Positions 1-12,572 of a stretch of 64,000 nucleotides of DNA are shown here, piece by piece. The DNA lies in contig NC_086378.1 in the NCBI RefSeq assembly GCF_036588685.1, positions 1,364,001 through 1,428,000 of the forward strand, given 5' to 3'. Within the stretch, counting starts at the first letter, position 1; each line of letters begins with the position of its first letter. The DNA comes from Mytilus trossulus. Its lineage: Eukaryota. Under the pieces are notes generated by a model. That model saw only the letters and a list, made by a program, of their open reading frames with translations. It was not told the DNA's origin and did not search any database. A program made the position numbers and the translations under genes.

Positions 1-1454
1 TAGACAATGCCCCTTTAATTTTCTGATATGAAATGATACTCATCTGCGCTTCATAAAACAGGAAGACACGATATCGCCTTGAATCAAATACTTGTGATAT
101 GATGATCATGTCAAAACAATAACAGAGCCATTTTAGTCTAAAAGTTGCTTCAAAATATAAATTGACGTATCGTGTTCAAATATACAAGAATACCAGACAT
201 AATTATTGCAACAACAACTATATTAATACATATAAAGTGTAATAATTATCAAAGACTAAAAATAAAGATTAAGATTTAGTTACAAAAATCAAAAATAACT
301 TCGGAGACACGGATCTATAACAAACACGATGACTTCAATGTAACATTTCGCAAGTTAAACATTTGTGTTGGCCTTGGGCAAAAAACTTATTTGCGTTAAC
401 CAGTTTAATCAATTTTCATATTTTCATTTATCAAGTATGCTGTCCTCAGTGACAGTTTACTATATATAAAACCTAGCCAATAATTTTTTAACAAAAATAC
501 ATTAAAATATGGAGCAGACATTTGGATTTTGCAATATCCTGATGATGTTCTATGAGAAGGGTAACATTTAGAATGAAGAAGTGTAGCTGAAAATTTAGCG
601 AAATGTTTCCTTTTCCTTTTATCATAGGTTATATTATTTAATGAAAGAGTATGAACAAGTCAGCTGGCAGGGTGCAATATTACCAATCAATAAAACAGCA
701 ACTGTCTATTAAATTAGCAGGCCTTTCTTAAACAATAAATAGATACACGGGTTTTTTCAGGTTTTTGTTATTTACCGCCTACAATTGCACATTTTTTTAC
801 CTTTTATATTTCTTTTTCTTTATTTCTATACATCGTGCATTACTCATACATGTTATGTTCTAAGTTATCTTAGAAGATTTTTTTGTCTTTTATTTTAAGA
901 TGATAGTATTTTTACCTCTGTCATAACCAGTCTCAAGACTCCTTGTTGACGTCAGGATTACAACAACAATCGGAATAATGGATAGTCCTGCAAATAGATA
1001 ATTATCAATTACAGCAATATGAACCCTGCTGAAATAATGTTGTCATTAAAACAATCTATCATTAAATTGAAAACTTACACCAAGATAATGGTCATTGTAC
1101 TCAAACTAACAAGTGTGAAATAAAATGACCGATAAATTACGATAACAATTTCAACAAGTTATGGTTTATTGGTAAGTTTGGAGCGTAGTGACTTGAATCT
1201 TCATACACCGTTGTCAATATAATAAAATGTCATACAAATGTCATACAAGTGGAAGGTTTATATAGCTATTAAGCCAGGAACATACCTGTACCAAGGAATA
1301 CAACAGTTGTTATCCTTTCGTTTGATATGCTTCAGTTTGTTTTTGCCATTTGATTAGGGACTTTCCGTTTTTAATTTTCCTCGAAATTCAGTACTTTTTT
1401 TTTATTTTACTTTTTTCAGTTTATATGATATTCACATCTGTTACCACTTAGTGG

Positions 1455-2746
1455 ATACCAGTAGTTCCAGGATTATAATTAAGTACACCAGACGCCCGTT
1501 TCGTCTACATAAGACTCAACAGTGACGCTCATATCAAAATATTTATAAAGCCAAACAAGTAAAAAATTGAAGAGCATTGAGGATCCAAAAGTCCACAAAG
1601 TTGTGCCAAATACGGCTAAGGTAATCTATGCATGGGATACAAAAATCCTTAGTTTTTCGGTAAATTCAAAGTGTTGTAAACAGGAAATTTAAAAAATGAC
1701 CACATTAATGATATTGATTTCAACACCGAAGTGTTGACTACTGGGCTGGTGATAACCTCGGGGACGAAACGTCCACCAGCAGTGGCATCGACCAAGTGGT
1801 GTAAATATCAGAGGTACCAGGATTATAATTTAGTACGCCAGACGCGCGTTTTGTCTACATAAAAGAGGGACGAAAGATACCAAAGGTACAGTCAAACTCA
1901 TAACTCTAAAATAAACTGACAACGCCATAACTAAAAATGAAAAAGGAAAAAAGACAAACGATATTACACATGACACAACATAAAAAAAACTAAAGAATAA
2001 ACAACACGAACCCCACCAAAACCTAGGGATGATCTCAGGTGCTCCGGAAGGGTAAGCAGATCCTGCTCCACATGTGGCACCCGTCGTGTTGCTTATGTGA
2101 TAACAAATCCGGTAAATAGTCTAATTCGGTAGGTCACATTCATGAAAGGGAAGAGGATTGTAGGTACGACGTAAGGAACATATCCGATATCATTTTTGAA
2201 ACGGTTATTCCATAACGGTCAACCAACTCGTGATGGCGTCCGTAAAATTTACGAAGGGATGATTTCAACTTCACCGTTTTGAACTCTTGGTTTAATAGCT
2301 TCCTTGTGAGAAGCAACCCTCTATCAAGAAAATCATGGTAGAAAATGCAAGCATGGGAATATCGTAGACTTATCAGTGACGCTCATATCAAAATATCTAT
2401 AAAACCAAACAGGTAAAAAATTGAAGAGCATTGAGGATCCAAAAGTCCAAAGAGTTGTGCCAAACACGGCTAAGGTATTCTATGCCTGGGATAAGAAGAT
2501 TCTTAGTTTTCCGGTAAATCCAAAGTTTTGTAAACAGGAAATTTATAAAATGACCACATTAATGATATTCATGTCAACATTGAGTCAACATTGAAGTGTT
2601 GACTACTGGGCTGGTGATACCATCGGGGACGAAACGTCCATCAGCAGTGGCATCGACTCAGTGGTGTAAATAGTTATCAAAGGTACCAGGATTATAATTT
2701 AGTACGCCAGACGCGCATTTCGTCTACATGAGACTAATCAGGGACG
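1455..2746 (-). mobile_element. Tandem retrozyme-like array (about 2 monomers, 3 degenerate hammerheads) interrupted by a Penelope-like fragment
   Basis: Hammerhead copies at 1485-1529 (core CUGUUGA), 1835-1861 plus 2366-2382 (split by an insertion) and 2704-2746 (core CUGAUUA). Unit length ~350-365 bp. Confidence 0.75.
1862..2365 (-). mobile_element. Penelope-like element 3' fragment (end of RT thumb plus 3' tail)
   Basis: Reverse complement of 59815-60316; encodes RYSHAC...LRKFYGRHHELVDR-like sequence. Confidence 0.7.
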
Positions 2747-3689
2747 ATTATTTTCCGTATAAATTTCACTAATCATAAATGATGGTTTAAAGTAAATATT
2801 CAAGGTACTGTCGTTGTTTAACATGTTATTGTGTGTTTTTTTGTATTTGTCCTCGTTAATTTTTAACACTTACTGTCTACCCCATTTTTTGGTACTATCC
2901 TTTTTGATGTGGCTCGGTACTTATACGTTCCGTCATTGTGTTATTGTGCTACGGTAATTTTATGTATTGTTATTTTTCATTTCACTGTTCTTTGTTTATA
3001 TGAGATGTTTTTGTTGTTGTTGTTGTTGTTAACAGATTTCCTTGTTTTATAACTATTTAGATTAGAACAAAATATTGACTGCTGTACCACTATTTTTGAC
3101 AGTTTTACCTATTGTCTATGTGTTTTGTTCACACATTGCTGTCAATATAATGGAATCGTATGCGACTGTGATATAATTGAGAGTTCATCTAGCTTTAAAA
3201 CTGGTTTAATCTTCTTTTATTTTTTTCTTCATAAGTCAGGAGTTTTATTTTTTTTTATTTTGCCATTTAGATTGCGTAAATACAAAATTTAATCCTGGTA
3301 ATTATTTTTTAGTTTCTTTACAATCACTGTGTCGATGGCACTGCTGGTGGAGTTTCAATGATGAGTTTAGTTCCATTGTTTTGTATCTAAAACGTAATCA
3401 TTCCTCGAGTGAGAGGAACAACAGCTAGTTCTTGTCAGAATAACATGACATCTGTTTATCTGTTATTGCTTCGAATAATTTATTATTTGTTAAATCCGAT
3501 AAGATGCAATGAAATTGATATATGATATACATGTTAACAGCTTATCACTAAATTACCCTCACAGTTAATTTAAACGCTTCAGAATGGAAACAGTACGGTA
3601 TCACACGGTTGGTCTATAATGTTCCTTAAGATATTACACCAAAGGATCTTGTAAAATCATTACATAGATAATTAGATTCCTTCATCATT

Positions 3690-4113
3690 AAACATCAAAC
3701 CAATTACATGTCATTGAATGTAATCTACAGATGATAAAACATCAAACCAATTACATGTCATTGAATGCCATCTACAGATGATAAAACATCAAATCAATTA
3801 CATGTCATTGAATGTAATCTACAGATGATAAAACATCAAACCAATTACATGTCATTGAATGTAATCTACAGATGATAAAACATCAAATCAATTACATGTC
3901 ATTGAATGTAATCTACAGATGATAAAACATCAAACCAATTACATGTCATTGAATGTAATCTACAGATGATAAAACATCAAATCAATTACATGTCATTGAA
4001 TGTAATCTACAGATGATAAAACATCAAACCAATTACATGTCATTGAATGTAATCTACAGATGATAAAACATCAAACCAATTACATGTCATTGAATGTAAT
4101 CTACAGATGATAA
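3690..4113. repeat. Minisatellite, 47-bp unit x9
   Basis: Unit aaacatcaaa(c/t)caattacatgtcattgaatgtaatctacagatgata, no spacers. Confidence 0.95.
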
Positions 4114-6874
4114 TACTGACAATAGGATCACAGCAATATTCATCATACAAAAGATATTACAAAGATAATCCCTGACAGTAAACTGGAAGTACAAGTATAT
4201 ACACATTAACACAGTAATATATTTGATCGGAAACGGGGAATATGTCAAAGATACTACAATCCGACCAAACAGAAGAAATCAGCACAAGGACAGCAGTTCG
4301 TCTTCAACGCAACGATAATTTGAATAAAAAACAAGAATGTCAGTAAAATGACCTCAGCTTTGTTATTTTTTTGGTCTGTTCAAACTTTTGGTTATGTAGC
4401 TAAACATAACATTGTGCATATATTGATCTTTTCTATAATTTTGATATTATTTAACCAAAGGGTAGCCTTCAGTGTAAACATCTTATTGAGAAATCGGCGA
4501 TTGGAAATTTTTTTGTTTGGCTTTTATTGTGTAAAGAAATACACTACTTTATTACTGTGTTATCAGGCCAAATAATAAGTCAGGTTAACTTTTCTATCCC
4601 TAGATCAATGCATGCCTGTATGCAAAAATATGTTACATCTGTAAAAAAAATGATGAATTATTCGCCTGACATGCTGTTTCAGTAAGTATTTGAGACAAAT
4701 TACCGTCACCCCGAGCTGATATACAGATTAGATACATGAAAAAGAGGTCACACAATTACCATGAAAATGTATTAGTAGCTATCATCAGACAAAAAACCCA
4801 TTTGTATTGTTTATTCTTTTGGTATACTTATTAACCAAACTTGTACGTTTTACAACCAACCTCATTATCAAACTTAAGTCCTCATTAACCTCATAATAAA
4901 ACTAAAATCTTCATCAACTAGCTCAGGGTCGAACTAAAATCTTCATCAAACTTATAATCAAATTGTTTTCAAAAATATTAATTTCATCCAGAAGTGTTAC
5001 TGACGATAAAAGCTAGATTATTCACAATGTTTTTAACACTGAATGAGTTTACGTTAATTATACCATTGGCCTTTATTATCAGGGATTCATATTTGTAAAT
5101 AATTATATAGAAAATCAACTGTTGCCCGGTTTTCAATTCACAAGCATTTGAAGTTGTTTCTGTCGTGATATTTCTGTTGTGTGGCCTTTCAGTGGTGTCC
5201 GCTTCAAATAATATTTTTTTAAAGAATGCAACTTGTTTTATCTTCCTATAAACCCTTATGTGAATATCCTTCGTATTTCAATTAAGAAGTTTAGTAATCT
5301 GTCAGTATTGAATGAAAATAATAAATCGGTGTCTCGTAACTTTCATTTATTATTTTACTTCAAACCATTCCTCAAACATTGATCATCAATACACAATTCA
5401 ATTTTTCACTTTTCTAAAAGTCTGTTTTTTCTTTGAAGATATTGTACTTTTGCTAATGTTTAAGGGTATTCTGTCATTCAGTGTAAAGAGATCTCAGGTA
5501 AATGACATCAAATGAATTGTTCTTATTAATTAGGCATCGCGCTAAAAGAGAAAACATGAAAGTCCTCCATTTTTCCAGTCCATTAGTTACATACATTTAG
5601 TGACGAACAGAAAAACGTGCATTTTGTATCGCTTTTATCTGGCTTTCAACTTTTAAGCATTAAAGTAATGTATTAAATGTAGATATAACAATAGCCTAGA
5701 TAATAGTTATAAGCATCTGAGTAACGATGATGTGTTACTATGAAATAAGGAGATGTGGTACAATTGCCAATGAGACAACCATCAAAGAGAGTCCAAATAA
5801 CGTGTTAAGTATGTTATTGGAACAAACCTTTTAAGGAAAAGGCTAGACAACTTAAATCACAGAACTTAAAATTTGTAGAGAAAAAGAGAAATATCATTAC
5901 AGAAAGTAGCGCATACATTTAAGTTTGATAATTATCTATTTTAGTTGATCTATGATTCAAATAGGATCAGATACAAGTTTTACCAGTTGAATTCCACATA
6001 AGAAAAAATGAACATATACATTTTTTCTCTCATTTTCTTATAGATCTATATAAATAGTTTTCTTCTTTGAATTGTTTTACATGGTAATATTGGGGCCTTT
6101 TATAGCTGACTATGCAGTATGGGCTTTGCTTATTGTTGAAGGCCGTACGGTGAACTATAATTGTTAATGTCTGTGTTATTTTGGTCTCGTGTGGACAGTT
6201 GTCTCATTGGCAATCATACAAACTGATATTATACAAATCTAAATATGAACTGTATAGTTGATTTTTTTTTTTATTGGAGACAAGCTTTTGATTCAATACT
6301 TTTTGAAAGTTCATTTTTTTTTAAAATATCTGAATAATATGTTGGACTATTGAACGATTTAACTCTATGCCTATTGCATGTGCATTTGGTCACGTGAAAA
6401 CTTTTTAAAGTAATAAAATTGTCGCTGACTGAATACGAATACTAAAAAAGGGAAATGAAAAGCGATCAATGGAAATTATTAATATGGTAGTAAAACTCAA
6501 ATAATAACTGTCTAAGTTAGAATTAAAAAACAACAAAGTTTCTCAATTATAAGAAAAATAACTGAAATCAATAAATGCATAAGCACAAATCACACTTATG
6601 TCAATTAAAATTCATGCTTTTGAAAAATGTTGTTTCATTTGACATTTATATCTCTTCAAACGTTCTGCTGTGAAAATACGTTTTTTATATCCATATAATT
6701 CATTGCTTCCAGTAAGTTGAAGTGGTCCTTATAATTATTTGATACTAATACCGTATTTCGTCTATATCGAGTTTAGCATTGTCTTAAACTTGCAGTGAGG
6801 TGAGAGTTTTGTTTTATATCGAAGGTCCTTCAACTTCGTACTTTATTTGGTCTTTTTAACTTTTTTGGATTCGA

Positions 6875-6918
6875 GCGTCACTGATGAGTCTTTAGTAGAC
6901 GAAACGCGCGTCTGGCGT
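6875..6918 (+). ncRNA. Minimal Type I hammerhead ribozyme
   Basis: Stem I GCGUCA/UGGCGU, CUGAUGA core, stem II GUCU-UUAGU-AGAC, GAAA, palindromic stem III ACGCGCGU. Predicted GUC cleavage after 6912. Confidence 0.85.
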
Positions 6919-7246
6919 ATATACTAAATTTAGTCCTAGTATCTATGATGAGTTTATTTACAACCACTAGGTCGATGCCACTGCTGTTGGAGATTTATTT
7001 CCGCGAGGGTATCAAAAGCCCAGTAGTCAGCACTTTTTGTGCTGACATGAATTGTCATTGATATGGTTATATTTATAAATTTACTGTTTACAAATTTTAT
7101 AATTTTTTTAAATTTTAAATACTTAGGATTTTTTACCTGAGGCATAGATTACATTAGCTATATTTGGCAAAACGTCTAAGAATTTTGGTCCTCAATGCTC
7201 TTTAACTTCGTACTATATTTAGCCTTTTTAACTTTTTTGGATTCGA

Positions 7247-7290
7247 GCGTCACTGATGAGTCTTTTGAAGACGAAACGCGCGTCTGGCGT
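7247..7290 (+). ncRNA. Minimal Type I hammerhead ribozyme
   Basis: Same architecture, with stem II GUCUU-UUG-AAGAC. Predicted GUC cleavage after 7284. Confidence 0.85.
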
Positions 7291-10200
7291 ATATACTAAA
7301 TTTAGTCCTGGTATCTATGATGAGTTTATTTATATCAATCTATGTCAAGGATTGAGGCTTCAAATCGCCATTAATCAATCAATCAATCAATAATGTTATT
7401 GACTATGAATTTCAGCCAAACTTCAGTGAAATTATTGACCTTTATTAATCTTTGTAAAGTGATATATAATTTTGTTCTACCTGCTAAGAAAATATTTTTG
7501 TTGATAATTCTCAGGAAAACAGAACTTTTTGCTTAGTCATTTTCTCTATGATACCATATGTCAAACATCAGGATATATAGGAGAAGTAAATATTTGTGAT
7601 GCGAAGACGATAACCCGATGAAGATATATTTTGTTATCCTTTAAAAACATGTTAATAGTGTATGAACAAATATTATCTGGACAGAACACAATATATATCG
7701 GACAATTCATAAATAAACAAGATATTAAGTACCGATGAGTGATTAATAGCTAGTATGCCAAGCATTGGAGATTATCGATACCACAGGTTTGTTTATCATG
7801 CATTTTTTGTGTTAAAACGAAAATTGTATGGTATAGGAGATGTTCTCTTAAGCTACTTATTGGTCTGCTCTTACATTGTGCATCCTATGTGGTTGATCAG
7901 ATAAAATTTGTATACTGGTTATTTTTATCCAATTTATTTAGATTTTCCATCAATTAAAAAAATAATTGTTACTAATATGGAACTAAAAAGATACAAGTTA
8001 CCATAAACAGTACTACTGAGTACATTTTTCCGTTTTAATTCGGATTTTAGAAAAGATCAAATGAAGACGACCTTCAGCTTTCTTCAAATCTGTAGGCGTA
8101 TGAAATATAAGCGACATTTTGGCCTTTAATTAAAGTGATATAAATCTTGAGCATCGATGTTTTTCTTGATATCTATAGATGTGATCAGTTTCTACCAATC
8201 GATCTCACCATCTCGCATTATTAATCGTCTTTTGATGATATTAATTTTTAATTACTATTATTTTGTTCATCAAAATATTTCAATAAATGTGGCTACAGTT
8301 ATCAATTATAAACAAGATTATTGATGTTTTCGCTTATGTGCATTAGCTTTCAAACTATTGGCCTAGACTTGATTTTTTTCATAATACGAGTGCATGTATT
8401 GTCCATTCAATCGTTAGCGCTTCGTCGGTGGCTTAAAAGAGGGTCGAAAGATACCAGAGGGGCATTAAAAATCATAGGCAGAAAATAAACTGACAAAGTA
8501 ATTGTTAAAAAAATAAAAAGACAAACAGACAAATAATAGTACACAAGACACAACATATAAAACTAAAGACTAAGCAACACGAATAGAGTATTAGAATTTT
8601 TATTTATTAAAATAAATACTAATTAACCGACTTTCTTAAGAAAAGGTGAATAAAGACGGGTTTATTTTTGCTATCGATACTCTTTACGTTCCTAATATTT
8701 CCAGGCTTTGAGTTTAGTTCTTGCATATTAGCAATACTGCCTTTACATCTAATATGCTTCCATGCCTAAACGATTAATGATCACCACATGATCTATAAAG
8801 AGGTGCTAAAAAGTTGATCAGGATCATATTTATTCAAACATCTTAGATGGGATTGCGTCAGTGGTATCGTTGCGTAACATCACTCCATTTCCTTATGTCT
8901 TACCATATTTCAATATGCATATTCTGATTGATCCCATGTTTTAAAAGTAAGTCAATGAAAGTCATGAAAAAAATACAATAACTCGCAATTTGAGCAGACC
9001 TTAGGAAAGACATGTTTTTTTTAATCTATACAATCTTTTTGTAAAGGAGTTTCATATAACTTAACAAACAGCTGATGCTTTTAATTGCCGTAAATTTCAT
9101 TAAAAATTTATTCAGGGGACTGATGACTGGTTTCTCTTGTAACTTGTAATTCTTTCAAAAGATGTCCGCCCTCTTCTTTTTTCCGGAACCCTTTCAAAGT
9201 CGTTAAGATTGCGCTTGTTTATTGATACAATATCTTTTTTTTCTTCTTCATTACTGTACTTTTGAGCTGAATTAAGACAAATGAGATATCAATTATTTAC
9301 AGAGAAACTTTATTACATCATAAAATTTTACCAAAATAGTATTGACAATTCCATAAAATTCAGCTAGATTATAGTGTTACAGGAAATGTTTGATTAATGT
9401 TAACATCGATCTGGACTCAGATTTCTAAAGGCCAAAATCAAATATGGAACTAATTGTTCCCAGAGTTGACCAATTATCCAGTACAGATCAAACTCCATAA
9501 AAACATTATTTAAAAGCAAAACAAACATGCGATATATTAAGAACTGTATGACGTAAAACAGTACTTTCCAGTAGAGTGTTCGTGCTACACTTGTCAATAT
9601 CTGTAAGTTGTTGATATAAACTTCACACACTTTAGAATAAGAATTTTTCACACCACGTTTTTTCTTGTAATGATATTAAAAAAAAGATGTTACAACTCTC
9701 CACAAGAGACCAAATGACAAAAAAAAACCCACTAAAAGCCCATACCGTATAGTCAGCTATAAGACGTACATACTTTTTAGAATTATAAGCATATCTAGAT
9801 TTATTTGCTTATCTATTTTTTGTTTATCATTGTTCACTTCTTTCAAGTATCAAATTTAGTCATCAGTTAATCTAACAAAGTAAAGAATAAAACAAGCAAT
9901 TCTTTTTCTAGATTTTTAATTAATTGTAACAGACAATTTCGTTAAAGAAAATAAGTCCGTCAACTTAAGACATGCAGTTATTTCAAACACCCAAATGGAA
10001 TGGTCAACTGGTTTTAACGAAATTGTATAAAATTAAAAGTAACATTTATCCTAATAGTATATAAATCATTTTTAGATTTTAAAACTAACCTGAATGCTTC
10101 ATTACCATGATTAAATCCCAAGTATTTTAAACAATGTTTTACACTACTATATACACTACCACTTTATCGAACTACTAATATGTATAGAAGGCTACCTACA

Positions 10201-12369
10201 CCACCAAGGTCCTGCGATAGTCAATACCTGTTCATTTTATTAATTAAGTCTCGTAAAGTGGCAGTGTACGTGTCTTCTACAGATTGAAGTCTAAACGCTT
10301 AAAGCATTATTACCTCGCCAGAGGCTGTCTTTAGGAACATATTATTTTTATTTATGCAATTGTGAAATTTGCATATTGATGAATTTGATATTGTCTGTTA
10401 AATTTATTCACAACTTTTCTGGACCTGGGGTTATCCTCAACATGTCCTTTCTGTTGTTGTGTCATAGAGTTGTTCTCTTTGACTTTTACACAACAGTTAC
10501 TTTGCACGATGAAAGCTTAATAAACTATACGACTACTTGTATATTGTACAGATGCACTGGTTGTTTAGTTTCATTTCAAGTTCATTTAATATATGAATAA
10601 ATATTTTCAATAAATCAGAAATGATCTTTAAATCAGTTGTCAAATCCGTGTAAGCGAAATCTTGGAACATGGTCTGTATATCGATCAGATTGATTTTCAA
10701 AAAGGAAACATAAGTTTTAAGCTATATTTTATGCATGAATGTCTGTACCAAGTCAGAAATATGACAGTTGTTGTCCATACGTTTTATGTGTTTTATGTTT
10801 TGACTTTGATTAGGGACTTTCCGTTTTGAATTTTCCTCGGAGTTGAATGGTAAAGACACTTCATGCAACCAACCACCCCCATTCTATCGGCTTTTATGTG
10901 CCTACGATACAGACATTAACAATTATAGGATTAAAGCTGATATGATTACAATAAGTATAATTCCCCATTACAAAATGTTATGTAGTTCTAGAAATAAGCC
11001 GTTGTTATGTTTAACAGTATACTTGACCAAGACTACTAATGACGATAGCTAGACAAACACGAATCAACAGTTAGATGTTTGTGTGTCTTCTTTTTTCTTA
11101 CACTTCTGTTAGAGTTTAGACTTATAAATATGTCTCAAATATGGTTCATTGAGCATAGGGATCAAGCCAGGGGATAGCATATATAAAATTTAGTCTGCCT
11201 GACAGTGACCATTATAATTTTTCTGAAAAGCAAATGTTACAAATAATACTTTTCAATTATGCTAATACTGCAATGACAAAATTTTATTTCCTAAAACATA
11301 ACTGATAACTGCTGACCTAAATAGCAAGCAAACATCGATTTTGAACAAACAGGAGAAACATTTTTATTGTTGTGTATAATCCCGCAAATCAAAATAAAAG
11401 AGGGACGAGAGATACCAAAGGGACAAACTCATAAATCTAAAACAAACTGACATCGCCATGGCTAAAAATGAAAAAGACAAACAGAAAAACAATAGCACAC
11501 ATGACACAACATAGAAAAACCAAAGAATATACAACACGAACCCCATACGTTGTTGTCCTATACAAATTTCAATAAAACTGCATACAAAAAGTAATTTTAC
11601 ACTTACGACTCAAGTTATGCACATTATACTTTATATGACAAATATTAAAGTGTTTCAAGTTTCACCAGTTTACCATGAACTACACTTATAAGGAAGAAAC
11701 CTTTCTTTATTGCAACCACACGTAATAAAGAATTCACTATTGATGTAATTGTGTTCATATTTCCATTATAAATTTTACTGTTAGCAAACTTTTATACAGA
11801 AACTTAATAGCCTTCAGCATCGAATATACCATTAATATGATCTATACCAATAATATGATCGCAATCAATTCCAGTCTTATAATAGAAAGGTACGTTATTT
11901 ACTGAAACCATGATATAGATGATATAGAACTCCTACCTATAAATTGAGTCCAGACATTTCCAAGGCCTTTTTTCTATGTAAAACGCATATTGATACCGAA
12001 ACTTGATATAGCCTTAGTATATAATTTTATTCTCACAAAACCAAAATCCAAATAATACAGGGATATTATATAATTATTAATAATATGACAAAAAGTCATT
12101 TGACTCTTCACTATAAACAAGATTTAAATCTGCTCTTTTTTTTTTTATTTCACTGCATCCATTACGTAATTCGTATATTCTTATTATAACAAAATGTCCT
12201 ATCATTTATAACCCTCTAAAAATATTAATTGCAAGTATAATAATTTATTAATAGTAACATATTTTATAAAATAAATTAGGTAGATATTATAAAAGTATCT
12301 TACCTGAATACAACATTGCAATGTTTTATTTATCCAATAATAATTAAACTCCTTGCAAGTACTAAAGAT

Positions 12370-12572
12370 CCAATGTATAAGTTCAGGCCTCCGTCAAAGA
12401 TTACTGTTGTATGATATCCTATGTATATGTTTAGGCCTATGTCAAAGACTAATGTGGTACAATATCCTATGTATAAGTAAAGGCCCTCTTTAAATAGACT
12501 ACTGTGATACAATACTGGTATCCTATGTATAAGTGCAGGTCCTCTTCATATAGACTACTGTGATACAATAAT
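12370..12572. repeat. Degenerate tandem repeat, ~48-56 bp x4
   Basis: Recurring cctatgtataagt..aggcc...agactactgtg.tacaata. Confidence 0.65.

Larger units (their letters stand above)
6821..7332 (+). mobile_element. Non-LTR retrozyme-like element: 372-nt monomer bounded by two intact Type I hammerhead ribozymes in direct repeats
   Basis: ~130-bp direct repeats (~6828-6960 and ~7200-7332), each containing GCGTCA-CTGATGA-stem II-GAAA-CGCGCG-TC-TGGCGT. Confidence 0.82.

Noticed and set aside
3690-4113. CRISPR-like array (palindromic repeats)
   Set aside because: Units are contiguous with no unique spacers, there are no cas genes, and the context is eukaryotic.
9400-9651. Hydrophobic minus-strand ORF, possible membrane-protein exon
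   Set aside because: No recognisable motif, splice partners or neighbouring exons. A translated homology search would be needed.
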